Virus record (IMG/VR): IMGVR_UViG_3300024272_000071
Direction: 5' to 3' (one strand)
Length of the DNA: 64,000 bases
Origin: a virus
Shown here piece after piece: positions 26,920-34,495 of this stretch. Under the pieces are notes generated by a model, which did not search any database, was not told where the DNA came from, and saw nothing but the letters and a program-made list of their open reading frames with translations. The number at the start of each line of letters is the position of its first letter. Position 1 is the stretch's first letter. The position numbers were made by a program, and so were the translations under genes.

Positions 26920-27394
26920 CTGTTTACCTGACCTCACTTACTCTTTATGAAAATAAACATGAATAGTAAACAGTTAGGAAACATTACTGAACTTGAAACG
27001 ATGTTGGCATTTCTTAAACTTGGTTATAATGTTCTTACTCCATATGGAGATTGTGAGCGTTATGACTTCGTGGTAGATATTGGCAATAAGTTTATAAGAG
27101 TTCAAAGTAAAACATCTCACTCAACAGATGATGGAGCATCATTCTCATTTAGTGGTAGAAGTTGTAATCGCAAAGATGGGAAAATTGTACACCATCAATA
27201 CACAGCGGATGAAATTGATTACTTCGCAACAACTTTTAATGGAACGACCTATTTGGTTCCAGTAGAAGAGTGCGGAGCGGATAAAAGACTCCGTATTCTT
27301 CCAGCCAAAAACGGTCAAACCCGAGGAATTACTTGGGCGAAAGATTATGAATTGGAGGAAGTAGTAAAGAGTTGGTGAGCTGATGTGTAAGCAA
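26920..27394 (+). mobile_element. intron-like insertion in the tRNA-Asn anticodon loop, almost entirely ORF
   Basis: 475 nt; only ~27 nt 5' and ~16 nt 3' of it lie outside the ORF. Confidence 0.55.
26947..27378 (+). CDS. PD-(D/E)XK nuclease of the Hjc / I-Ssp6803I-like family (paralog 1)
   Basis: E..(15)..YDFVVD..(12)..RVQSKT arrangement gives the E, D and Q/E-x-K catalytic positions; 143 aa; ~40% identical to the ORF at 37027. Confidence 0.55.
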   Translation: MKINMNSKQLGNITELETMLAFLKLGYNVLTPYGDCERYDFVVDIGNKFIRVQSKTSHSTDDGASFSFSGRSCNRKDGKIVHHQYTADEIDYFATTFNGTTYLVPVEECGADKRLRILPAKNGQTRGITWAKDYELEEVVKSW

Positions 27395-27625
27395 CCGCAG
27401 TGTCGTAGGTTCGAGTCCTACACGGGGCGCCAGCACCTCAATGGCCCATGTTGCCTCGGGTCAGAGAGGCGAAGTATTCAAACCGCTAACATGGATTCTG
27501 GCGTGCTAAACTACCACCGGCGCTCTAATTGCAATCCTCCGTACCCAATACGATACTGTACAGAGAGCGATATGTGGCTTAGTGGAAAGCGGTATATAAG
27601 AAAGCAAAGTAAGCACTCCCGCATT

Positions 27626-27700
27626 TGGGGCGTTAGTCAAGCGGCCAAGACGTGGCCCTTTCAAGGCCAAGTCACGGGTTCGACTCCCGTACGCCCTACC
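27626..27700 (+). tRNA. tRNA-Glu (TTC)
   Basis: GGGGCGT/ACGCCCT acceptor; loop CTTTCAA; T-arm ACGGGTTCGACTCCCGT; CCA. Confidence 0.75.
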
Positions 27701-27783
27701 AACTAAGGCAGACACAGCGAACTTACATTTACTTAAACATCTGATTTGGGATCTGATAAGTTTTTGAAATATCTGCCTTGCAA

Positions 27784-27858
27784 CGCTGAGTAGTTCAGTG
27801 GTAGAACACTCGCCTCATAAGCGAGCAGTCGGTGGTTCAAATCCACCCTCAGCGACCA
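27784..27858 (+). tRNA. tRNA-Met/Ile2 (CAT)
   Basis: CGCTGAG/CTCAGCG acceptor; loop CTCATAA; T-arm GGTGGTTCAAATCCACC. Confidence 0.8.
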
Positions 27859-28272
27859 TAGCTGAGTTTTTGGATGGTTCTCGGCATATTAAAATTACTA
27901 ATATAGCACCTACAACATGACTCCGATAATTAAGTTAATTGGTGATTAATACAGTGAGTCATATACTAATTACAGGGTGTGTATATTATATGATTACAAA
28001 AAAGACCATCCATACTGCTTCCCAAGTCGGCGATTAGAATGGACTGGGTGCGACCGATCCGTAGGTCAAGAGAAATCAGCGGACGCGGAAGAGATTGTAT
28101 GACACACTCCTCACTGGGCTGCGAAAACGCTTGAAAGATGTCGTAGTGTCAAGCCATCCAACTGGGCTTGTACAGTTGGGGATGGGCGACAGCCTGTGGT
28201 GGACCGACCACTCCGGAAAACAGGTCAGAGAGTAAGGGCAGTCCGCTCTTTAGAATAGGGACACCCCAATGT

Positions 28273-28347
28273 GGTTTGTTAGTTTAACGGCTAGAATGCT
28301 GCCCTGTCACGGCAGTGGCGCGGGTTCGATTCCCGCACAGACCGCCA
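28273..28347 (+). tRNA. tRNA-Asp (GTC)
   Basis: GGTTTGT/ACAGACC acceptor; loop CTGTCAC; T-arm GCGGGTTCGATTCCCGC. Confidence 0.75.
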
Positions 28348-28472
28348 TTTACTTCACTGCTGTATGCAGAGAGGAGCTCTTCTCCGACTGGGTTGTGACC
28401 GAAGAGAAGTAGTAACTTTATACTCACGGACGTAAGCTGTCTGACCCGTTAAAGCCAGAATCAGCGTCATAT

Positions 28473-28565
<93 letters not shown>

Positions 28566-28567
28566 GT

Positions 28568-28660
28568 GGAGTCTTAAGCCTAATTGGTAAGGCACTCGCT
28601 TGGAAAGCGAGCAGTAATCGGTAACACGGTGTCTGGGTTCAAGTCCCAGAGACTCCGCCA
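28568..28660 (+). tRNA. tRNA-Ser (GGA)
   Basis: GGAGTCT/AGACTCC acceptor; loop TTGGAAA; long variable arm; T-arm CTGGGTTCAAGTCCCAG. Confidence 0.8.
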
Positions 28661-28669
28661 AAATGTTAT

Positions 28670-28725
28670 ATCATTTGATTTTTTCAAAAATAAATGATAT
28701 AATATATATGTAAGATGGTTAAAGG
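28670..28725 (+). promoter_or_regulatory. conserved promoter cassette upstream of tRNA-Leu(TAA)
   Basis: TCATTTGATTTTTTCAAAAATAAATGATATAATATATATGTAAGATGG. Confidence 0.55.
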
Positions 28726-28727
28726 CA

Positions 28728-28790
28728 CGCACAGCAATCATTTCATATTTTCTTTTGTGCAGAAAAAAGTAATGAATGTGCCTTGTACTT
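28728..28790 (+). ncRNA. ACAGCAA-hairpin leader element (copy A)
   Basis: AAAGGCACGCACAGCAATC...GTGCCTT; stem covaries with the other copies while ACAGCAA is conserved. Confidence 0.45.
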
Positions 28791-29096
28791 GCCCAGGTGG
28801 TGGAATTGGCAGACACAGCGGACTTTGACTTAGCGACAACATTTGAGCACTATGAAGGAAACTTCATAAGTGAATGCTGGCTAATTCGGCGAATAGCTAA
28901 GAGAACGCCGAGCTAAATCGAAAGCCTTTGGCTTTCGTAAATGTGTAGAGACTATATACCAGCCTCCTAAGTCGTAAGATATGGAGAAGACATAGTCCGG
29001 ACTACAACGTAGAAATACGGCCATGGTGACATGGAGTAGTGCGAAAATCCGCTGGCCTTGAAAGCCGTACGGGTTCGAGTCCCGTCCTGGGCACCA
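28791..29096 (+). tRNA. tRNA-Leu (TAA) interrupted by a group-I-type intron between positions 34 and 35
   Basis: GCCCAGG-TGGTGGAATTGGCAGACACA-GCGGA-CTT | ~218 nt | AAAA-TCCGC + Leu-type variable arm + ACGGGTTCGAGTCCCGT-CCTGGGC-A-CCA; the joined loop CTTAAAA is the Leu(UAA) loop. Confidence 0.7.
28826..29043 (+). mobile_element. putative group I intron in tRNA-Leu(UAA)
   Basis: ~218 nt; ends in G; contains AGACTATA / TAGTCCGGACTA P7-like elements; inserted at the classic 34/35 site. Confidence 0.55.
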
Positions 29097-29160
29097 CATA
29101 AAAACCCCAAAGGGTTGGGAGGTTCTCATTAAGTTGAGTTTAGACCCTTCCCGCTAATAT

Positions 29161-29237
<77 letters not shown>

Positions 29238-29592
29238 GAGGAGTTCGCGGACGCTCTCCTAACAGAAAAAGCGCCGTGAAGGTGAGTAACGTATGACTCA
29301 TGCCACTACCGCTAAGTGTTTGTAAGCCATGGATAGCAGACGAGGTAAAATGTGGCAAAGCTATGACGGACAAGGCTTTGGCAGGTGAATCAATTAGCTT
29401 GGTGGGAGAGTTAATTAACTCATTAGGACCACGTTAAAGTTAATTGATAACAGACTGGTGGGACGCGAGTGGTCATGGTACTAATCAAGCGAGATGACAT
29501 AGAGCCTCGTCGAGACGAGCGAGGATAGCTGAGTGCGAGATAAGGAAGAAACGCCGGATGTAAGCCGCTTTCTTGATTAGATCGTCTTTCAT

Positions 29593-29669
29593 GGTGCGTT
29601 AGTTCAGTAGGCTAGAATGCCAGCCTGTCACGCTGGAGGTCACGGGTTCAAACCCCGTACGCATCGCCA
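29593..29669 (+). tRNA. tRNA-Asp (GTC), second copy
   Basis: GGTGCGT/ACGCATC acceptor; loop CTGTCAC; T-arm ACGGGTTCAAACCCCGT. Confidence 0.75.
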
Positions 29670-29843
29670 TTAGAGAGACATCGGTTCAAACCCGGTATCC
29701 TCACACAGTGGGGATTAGTTTAAAAGGTAAAAATACTCTAAACCAACCTGGCAAGGTGGCGCTTTCACTGATGTGAAAGGATGAGTCGGTGCGGAGACTC
29801 TCAAAACCCGTACAATTGGTGGGGTTTTATTCCTCACCTATAT

Positions 29844-29919
<76 letters not shown>

Positions 29920-29922
29920 TAT

Positions 29923-30006
29923 GGGTCAGTACCGAATCGGCAAACGGAGCGGACTGTAAATCCGCCGCCACTGGCATAGTTGGATCGACACCAACCTGGC
30001 CCACCA
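29923..30006 (+). tRNA. tRNA-Tyr (GTA), class II, unusual T-loop ATCGACA
   Basis: GGGTCAG/CTGGCCC acceptor; stem GCGGA/TCCGC; loop CTGTAAA; long variable arm; A54 in place of T54. Confidence 0.65.
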
Positions 30007-30146
30007 ACTCGTCTTTATGAGAGTTCTCGCGTCAAGAAACTCATTAGCGACTTAACTGCTACCGACTGTGATTAACAGAAGCTTCGAGGTCAGGGAACGA
30101 GGAAAGTGTTAAGAGTGTAGTAAGCAGGGCCTTGCTTACTATATGC

Positions 30147-30229
30147 GCTCCTGTGGTGGAATTGGCAGACACGCTGGTTTAAGGTACCAGTGGGAGACCA
30201 TGAGGGTTCGAGTCCCTCCGGGAGCACCA
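30147..30229 (+). tRNA. tRNA-Leu with apparent anticodon AAG (A34)
   Basis: Leu-type D-arm TGGTGGAATTGGCAGACAC; stem CTGGT/ACCAG; loop TTAAGGT; variable hairpin TGGGAGACCA; T-arm GAGGGTTCGAGTCCCTC. Confidence 0.6.
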
Positions 30230-30233
30230 ATAT

Positions 30234-30317
30234 GCGGGCGTGGTGGAATGGCAGACACGCTAGACTTAGGATCTAGTGCCGCAAGGCGTAAGGGTTCAAG
30301 TCCCTTCGCCCGCACCA
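30234..30317 (+). tRNA. tRNA-Leu (TAG)
   Basis: GCGGGCG/CGCCCGC acceptor; stem CTAGA/TCTAG; loop CTTAGGA; long variable arm. Confidence 0.8.
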
Positions 30318-30339
30318 TTTTATTCTTGGATGTGATACC

Positions 30340-31044
30340 ATGAAAGTATGGACAACATTACTTGGTACAGATGATTATTTAGAAGCGGTTTTAACTTTAG
30401 AGGAAAGTCGTAAAAGAGTAGCTTCTAAATATCCGCTGGTAGTTATTTGTTTTAATGATTTAGATTATAACACATATGAATCTTTAGATCAGGCAAACAT
30501 TAAATATGAAACTTTCCCAAGAGAGTTGTTTCAAGGAGAGAAACGAAACAAAGATTATTCTGTGACTATAGGCAAATTTTACGCTTATGTTCTAAAAAAC
30601 GTTTCTCGTTTTTGTTTTATTGATGCAGATTCATTTTTTGTAGAAAACATAGATTATATATTAGATATATCAGTACCTGTTTTCTTCGTGTTTGATCCAT
30701 CATTTAGAAATGGCTATACAGAAAATATGAACTGTTTAACAGGATGTATTTTTTCTGACAATACATCACAAGAAAAATTTGATTGTGCATTTACATATAA
30801 AGAACAATGCCGCGAAGATGAACAGGTGCTACCAATCTTGGCAGATAAGAGTAAATCTCATATGAGAATTTGTTATCGTGATTGGACATTGCGTCATCAA
30901 ATGGTGGTATTTCACGAAAGTGCATATTCAACTGCTCATAAATTTTGGAATCGACCTAATTATGACAGACATGCTTTTCTAAATGAAGTAATTTATTTTT
31001 TTAAACATGATTGGTCTTATATTAAGTCGATACCTGAAGAATAA
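30340..31044 (+). CDS. GT8 / glycogenin-like glycosyltransferase (paralog 1)
   Basis: N-terminal W.TLL..DDYLEAVLTL; DxD-type FIDADSFF motif; 234 aa. Confidence 0.55.
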   Translation: MKVWTTLLGTDDYLEAVLTLEESRKRVASKYPLVVICFNDLDYNTYESLDQANIKYETFPRELFQGEKRNKDYSVTIGKFYAYVLKNVSRFCFIDADSFFVENIDYILDISVPVFFVFDPSFRNGYTENMNCLTGCIFSDNTSQEKFDCAFTYKEQCREDEQVLPILADKSKSHMRICYRDWTLRHQMVVFHESAYSTAHKFWNRPNYDRHAFLNEVIYFFKHDWSYIKSIPEE

Positions 31045-31051
31045 ATTTAGG

Positions 31052-31180
31052 CACACACAGCAATTCTTCTTTAAGAAGAGTGTGGGTTCAAATCCCACAG
31101 AATGCGCAAAAGCAGCATTTTTGGCGGAATGGTTTACGCGATTGACTGAAAATCAATTTTCTTTATAATGTGCCTAGTCT
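31052..31180 (+). ncRNA. ACAGCAA element (copy B) with embedded T-arm-like hairpin and an internal promoter
   Basis: AGGCACACACAGCAATTC..GTGGGTTCAAATCCCAC..TTGACT-17-TATAATGTGCCT; 5' AGGCACA pairs with TGTGCCT. Confidence 0.4.
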
Positions 31181-31181
31181 T

Positions 31182-31255
31182 AGGGGTTTACGATAATGGT
31201 AGTCTAGCGGTCTCCAAAACCGTAAGTGGTGGTTCAAATCCATCAACCCCTGCCA
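31182..31255 (+). tRNA. tRNA-Trp (CCA)
   Basis: AGGGGTT/AACCCCT acceptor; stem GCGGT/ACCGT; loop CTCCAAA; T-arm GGTGGTTCAAATCCATC; weak D-stem. Confidence 0.65.
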
Positions 31256-31258
31256 TAT

Positions 31259-31333
31259 TGGCGATTGGTGTAATTGGCAACACGCCGGACTCTGACTCCG
31301 TTGTTCTAGGTTCAAGTCCTAGATCGCCAGCCA
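31259..31333 (+). tRNA. tRNA-Gln (CTG)
   Basis: U1-A72 acceptor TGGCGAT/ATCGCCA; G73; loop CTCTGAC; T-arm CTAGGTTCAAGTCCTAG. Confidence 0.7.
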
Positions 31334-31344
31334 AGAGGTATATT

Positions 31345-31641
31345 ATGCAGGACGACAAGATTTTAGAATGGATTCACCGCAGATTCCCCCATGATAGTAA
31401 TTGGTTAAATGGTAATTGCTATCAATTTGCTCTCCTGCTCAATTCTACTTTTGAGGGAGAGATTGTATATGACCCAATTGATGGACATTTCCTTTTTCTT
31501 GCGAGCAACGGTCAGTTTTATGACTGGTCTGGTGTGCGGATATACAGTGGGACTTATCAAAAGGCATTTGTCAAGTGGGCTGACTACCGACAGAAAGATC
31601 AACTCCACTATGATCGGGTGATGCGAGACTGTGCGTATTAA
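31345..31641 (+). CDS. hypothetical protein (98 aa)
   Basis: ATG after AAGAGGTA; the listed longer ORF overlaps the two upstream tRNAs and is rejected. Confidence 0.45.
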   Translation: MQDDKILEWIHRRFPHDSNWLNGNCYQFALLLNSTFEGEIVYDPIDGHFLFLASNGQFYDWSGVRIYSGTYQKAFVKWADYRQKDQLHYDRVMRDCAY

Positions 31642-31732
31642 ACCTCGATTATGTCAGCATGGTTGCCGACGATGCTTTTGGCTGCGGAAAATCACTCGTC
31701 CCGGTCGGAAATATTGGGCATGTACATATTGA

Positions 31733-31807
31733 CCCCTCGTAGTCTAACGGAGAAAACAAGGGCCTTCTAAGCCTTACTTCTGGGTTCGATTCCTAGCGGG
31801 GGGACCA
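31733..31807 (+). tRNA. tRNA-Arg (TCT)
   Basis: C1-G72 acceptor CCCCTCG/CGGGGGG; stem AGGGC/GCCTT; loop CTTCTAA; T-arm CTGGGTTCGATTCCTAG. Confidence 0.65.
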
Positions 31808-31808
31808 T

Positions 31809-31884
31809 GGTTCCTTAGCCAAGCTGGTAAGGCGGCGGATTGCAAATCCGTTATTCACTGGTTCGAGTCCAGTAGGAACCTCCA
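31809..31884 (+). tRNA. tRNA-Cys (GCA)
   Basis: GGTTCCT/AGGAACC acceptor; loop TTGCAAA; T-arm ACTGGTTCGAGTCCAGT. Confidence 0.8.
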
Positions 31885-31914
31885 TATTTATTTTGAGAAA
31901 AAGGTGGGATATAC

Positions 31915-32658
31915 ATGAGTCAAAATTCTCTTGATCCATCTCGTTTTGCTTATGTTACATTATTAAGCTCTGAAGATTATTTAGATGCAGTTTTAGTATT
32001 GCATGAAAGCCTGAAAGATGTGCAGGCTAAATTTCCTTTAATATGTGGAGTTACTAAAAATTTAAATTCCACACAACTTATCACAAAATTGATGAATTCT
32101 GGTATTCATATTGAATGGATTGAACCTTTGGAATATAGTGCTGGGACACAAGCAAAATATCCAGGAAAGGTAGTATTAAATACTGCATCCAAGGTTAATT
32201 TGTTTAATTTAGTAAATTATGATAAACTTTGTTACATTGACGCTGATACGATTGTCGTCAACAATATTGATGATGTATTCGATCGGCTGGATGGTTCAAT
32301 GGTAAAGTTCCAGAATGATGATTATGGTTTTACTGGACTATTTGTATTTAGCCCTCGTAATCATCGAGCAGATTTTTATTTGCATCTATTGAAGAATTTT
32401 GATTGTTTTGACGGTGATCTAATTGGTTCTTTATGGTTCCACACTCGTACAAGTGCAGATCACTGGATTAGTGATGACTATTGCAAACATTATAATAACG
32501 ATGTAAAACGCAAAGGTAATCATAACGTCCGTGTTTGGCATTTCTGCAATGAGGGTTGTAAACCTTGGAAACCTGCAGATCGAGAAAACATGAAACCCAC
32601 TTATGTGCTTCAAAAGTACGATGATCTTTTGGCTCGCGTTCATGGTATGTTTGATTGA
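31915..32658 (+). CDS. GT8 / glycogenin-like glycosyltransferase (paralog 2)
   Basis: YVTLLSSEDYLDAVLVL; DxD motif CYIDADTIV; 247 aa; RBS AAGGTGGGA. Confidence 0.55.
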   Translation: MSQNSLDPSRFAYVTLLSSEDYLDAVLVLHESLKDVQAKFPLICGVTKNLNSTQLITKLMNSGIHIEWIEPLEYSAGTQAKYPGKVVLNTASKVNLFNLVNYDKLCYIDADTIVVNNIDDVFDRLDGSMVKFQNDDYGFTGLFVFSPRNHRADFYLHLLKNFDCFDGDLIGSLWFHTRTSADHWISDDYCKHYNNDVKRKGNHNVRVWHFCNEGCKPWKPADRENMKPTYVLQKYDDLLARVHGMFD

Positions 32659-32700
32659 TTTTTTTCAAAATTTTTGATATAATATATATGTAAGGTCGAA
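32645..32700 (+). promoter_or_regulatory. conserved promoter cassette (copy) upstream of the suppressor tRNA
   Basis: TGATTTTTTTCAAAATTTTTGATATAATATATATGTAAGGTCGAAAAAG. Confidence 0.6.
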
Positions 32701-32722
32701 AAAGCCAACATCCCCTATTTAT

Positions 32723-32813
32723 AGGGGAGTGGTGTAACGGCAGCACGGCAGACTCTAAATCTGTTAGCCCTCTGAAGGCGTAAGTCAGGGTTCGAATCCC
32801 TGCTCCCCCGCCA
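32723..32813 (+). tRNA. amber-suppressor tRNA (anticodon CTA), class II, Ser-like (G73)
   Basis: AGGGGAG/CTCCCCC acceptor (A1:C72); D-arm GTG-TAACGGCAG-CAC; stem GCAGA/TCTGT; loop CTCTAAA gives anticodon CUA; 21 nt variable arm; T-arm CAGGGTTCGAATCCCTG; G73; CCA. Confidence 0.7.
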
Positions 32814-32847
32814 ATTATTTACATGGGGATGAATGACAAAAATAAAA

Positions 32848-32920
32848 AAGTCACATACAGCAATTTTCAAGTATAGTAAGAAGACATTCCATTCTCCTGA
32901 AATATTGATGTGACTTGTTT
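32848..32920 (+). ncRNA. ACAGCAA-hairpin leader element (copy C)
   Basis: AAAAGTCACATACAGCAATTTTC...ATGTGACTT; 7 bp covarying stem. Confidence 0.45.
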
Positions 32921-32922
32921 AT

Positions 32923-32998
32923 GCGGTAGTAGCTCAATTGGTAGAGTGCTAGCCTTCCAAGCTGGATGTTGCGGGTTCGAAACCCGTCTACCGCTCCA
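32923..32998 (+). tRNA. tRNA-Gly (TCC)
   Basis: GCGGTAG/CTACCGC acceptor; loop CTTCCAA; T-arm GCGGGTTCGAAACCCGT. Confidence 0.8.
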
Positions 32999-33088
32999 TT
33001 GGAATCTATCTGATTTGGGTGGATTTCATATTCGTGGAAATCATGCGGGGTCGACCCTACTGGGCCTCATCGTAACAGCCGATCTTAT

Positions 33089-33162
33089 GCAGGTATAGTA
33101 TAGTGGTAATACTCCTGCTTGCCAAGCAGGCGTCACGGGTTCGAATCCCGTTACTTGCTCCA
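33089..33162 (+). tRNA. tRNA-Gly (GCC)
   Basis: GCAGGTA/TACTTGC acceptor; stem CCTGC/GCAGG; loop TTGCCAA; T-arm ACGGGTTCGAATCCCGT. Confidence 0.8.
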
Positions 33163-33165
33163 CTT

Positions 33166-33242
33166 GCCGCGGTAGCTCAGTTGGTAGTAGCAGTGGACTG
33201 AAAATCCACGTGTCGGCGGTTCAAGTCCGCCCTGCGGCACCA
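33166..33242 (+). tRNA. tRNA-Phe (GAA)
   Basis: GCCGCGG/CTGCGGC acceptor; stem GTGGA/TCCAC; loop CTGAAAA; T-arm GGCGGTTCAAGTCCGCC. Confidence 0.8.
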
Positions 33243-33244
33243 AA

Positions 33245-33300
33245 AGTTATATCATTTGAAAATTTCAAAAAAAAATGATATAATATATATGTAAGGTTGA
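33245..33300 (+). promoter_or_regulatory. conserved promoter-leader cassette (copy)
   Basis: TCATTTGAAAATTTCAAAAAAAAATGATATAATATATATGTAAGGTTGAGAGAGG. Confidence 0.6.
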
Positions 33301-33316
33301 GAGAGGAGATGGCAGT

Positions 33317-33631
33317 ATGAATCGTTTCTACATCTTCGTCGATGACGAGCGTAAGTTCAATCCTGATGTTCTCAAAGATGACGTAGTTCTGATCACCTGT
33401 CGAACCTTCTCTAGTGCCATTGAGGTTCTCAAATGGTGTCGAGACAATGGGTGGGAAGCCTGGCTGGATCTCGACCATGATTTGGGAGAAGCTAAGACCG
33501 GTTATGATATATGTAAATTCATCGTGGAAAATCAAATTCCAATTCTCGGCTACACTCTGCATACTATGAATCCGGTCGGTAGGCAGAATATGAAACAGCT
33601 TCTTTCTCATTATGGATACACCGCTTTCTAA
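33317..33631 (+). CDS. hypothetical small alpha/beta protein (receiver/Rossmann-like)
   Basis: FYIFVDDERKF..VVLITCRT..AWLDLDHDLGE pattern; 104 aa. Confidence 0.4.
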   Translation: MNRFYIFVDDERKFNPDVLKDDVVLITCRTFSSAIEVLKWCRDNGWEAWLDLDHDLGEAKTGYDICKFIVENQIPILGYTLHTMNPVGRQNMKQLLSHYGYTAF

Positions 33632-33682
33632 ATAGAGCCTGCGGTCGGGGCCAACCTTGTAAGGAAGTACCGACCCTTATAT

Positions 33683-33758
33683 TGCGGGATGGAGCAGTTG
33701 GTAGCTCGCTAGCCCCATAAGCTAGAGGTCGAAGGTTCAAGTCCTTCTCCCGCACCCA
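33683..33758 (+). tRNA. tRNA-Met (CAT) with C33 and U1-A72 (initiator-like oddities)
   Basis: TGCGGGA/TCCCGCA acceptor; stem CTAGC/GCTAG; loop CCCATAA; C73; CCA. Confidence 0.65.
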
Positions 33759-33761
33759 TTT

Positions 33762-33837
33762 CTCCCATTCGTCCAACTGGACAGGACACGAGGCTACGGA
33801 CCTCGGAATGAGGGTTCAAATCCTTCGTGGGAGGCCA
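33762..33837 (+). tRNA. tRNA-Arg (ACG)
   Basis: CTCCCAT/GTGGGAG acceptor; D-stem GTCC/GGAC; stem CGAGG/CCTCG; loop CTACGGA. Confidence 0.75.
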
Positions 33838-33841
33838 TTAT

Positions 33842-33917
33842 GGGCTCATAGCTCAGTTGGTAGAGCACCTGCCTTGCAAGCAGGATGTCAGGGGTTCGAT
33901 TCCCCTTGGGTCCACCA
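33842..33917 (+). tRNA. tRNA-Ala (TGC)
   Basis: GGGCTCA/TGGGTCC acceptor with G3-U70; loop CTTGCAA; T-arm AGGGGTTCGATTCCCCT. Confidence 0.8.
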
Positions 33918-33927
33918 ATTTCAAAGG

Positions 33928-34002
33928 CGAGTACAGCAACTTTTCTTATTAAGCGCTATCCTTTTAAGATATGAAATGCTAAACAACTCGCCTTGATTTA
34001 TT
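33928..34002 (+). ncRNA. ACAGCAA-hairpin leader element (copy D)
   Basis: AAAGGCGAGTACAGCAACTTTTC...ACTCGCCTT. Confidence 0.45.
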
Positions 34003-34003
34003 T

Positions 34004-34079
34004 GCGGGATTAGCTCAGTTGGTAGAGCACCTGACTCTTAATCAGGGTGTCTAGGGTTCGAGTCCCTAATCCCGCACCA
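34004..34079 (+). tRNA. tRNA-Lys (CTT)
   Basis: GCGGGAT/ATCCCGC acceptor; loop CTCTTAA; T-arm TAGGGTTCGAGTCCCTA. Confidence 0.8.
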
Positions 34080-34081
34080 TA

Positions 34082-34145
34082 ACGGCATTGCCACTTAAGT
34101 GCCGCGGTCCGAGGCTAAAGCCTGAATATTAGTCCGCCGTTTTTC
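34082..34145 (+). terminator. hairpin with T-run after the tRNA block
   Basis: AACGGCATTGCC..GCCGCGGTCCGAGGCTAAAGCCTG..GTCCGCCGTTTTT. Confidence 0.4.
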
Positions 34146-34225
34146 TGGTAAAGGAATATTATCGCATGAGGATACGGCCGAGTGCGTGTCGGAAGAAAGT
34201 GGACGCCAGAAAAGGAGCTACGAAA

Positions 34226-34399
34226 ATGCTCATTCATATTAAAGAGATTGATTCTGCTGTTGAGAATAATCGCTGTCCAGAGCCTGCATTTTGTACGATT
34301 GCAACAACTGTTTACGATTCTCATACAAGAGAGCGTAAATGTTTGAAATGTTGGTTAGAGTTTTGTAAAACTCATAATATTGAAATCGACTATGATTGA
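34226..34399 (+). CDS. small Cys-rich (zinc-finger-like) protein (57 aa)
   Basis: RBS AAAGGAG; CPEPAFC..CLKCWLEFC. Confidence 0.4.
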   Translation: MLIHIKEIDSAVENNRCPEPAFCTIATTVYDSHTRERKCLKCWLEFCKTHNIEIDYD

Positions 34400-34402
34400 T
34401 AT

Positions 34403-34478
34403 GCGCCATTAGCTCAGTTGGCAGAGCACTAGACTTTTAATCTAGGCGTCTTGGGTTCGATTCCCAAATGGCGCACCA
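34403..34478 (+). tRNA. tRNA-Lys (TTT)
   Basis: GCGCCAT/ATGGCGC acceptor; loop CTTTTAA; T-arm TTGGGTTCGATTCCCAA. Confidence 0.8.
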
Positions 34479-34495
34479 CTTTCTTGGAGGTTATT

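Larger units (their letters stand above)
26889..27432 (+). tRNA. tRNA-Asn (GTT) split by a 475 nt insertion between positions 36 and 37
   Basis: 5' half GCCCCGT-TA-GCTCAGTCGGTAGAGC-A-TGCGG-CTGTT at 26889-26919; 3' half AA-CCGCA-GTGTC-GTAGGTTCGAGTCCTAC-ACGGGGC-G-CCA ending at 27432; the joined loop CTGTTAA is the canonical Asn loop. Confidence 0.6.

Noticed and set aside
27383-27706. 107 aa plus-strand ORF
   Set aside because: Runs across the tRNA-Asn 3' half and tRNA-Glu; no ribosome site.
29670-29843. Additional tRNAs between tRNA-Asp and tRNA-Thr(GGT)
   Set aside because: Only isolated T-arm-like hairpins (for example ATCGGTTCAAACCCGGT) without acceptor or anticodon partners on either strand.
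31168-31344. N-terminal extension of the listed 157 aa ORF
   Set aside because: Overlaps tRNA-Trp and tRNA-Gln; the real start is taken at ATG 31345 after AAGAGGTA.
33808-33996. 62 aa ORF
   Set aside because: Covers tRNA-Arg(ACG) and tRNA-Ala.
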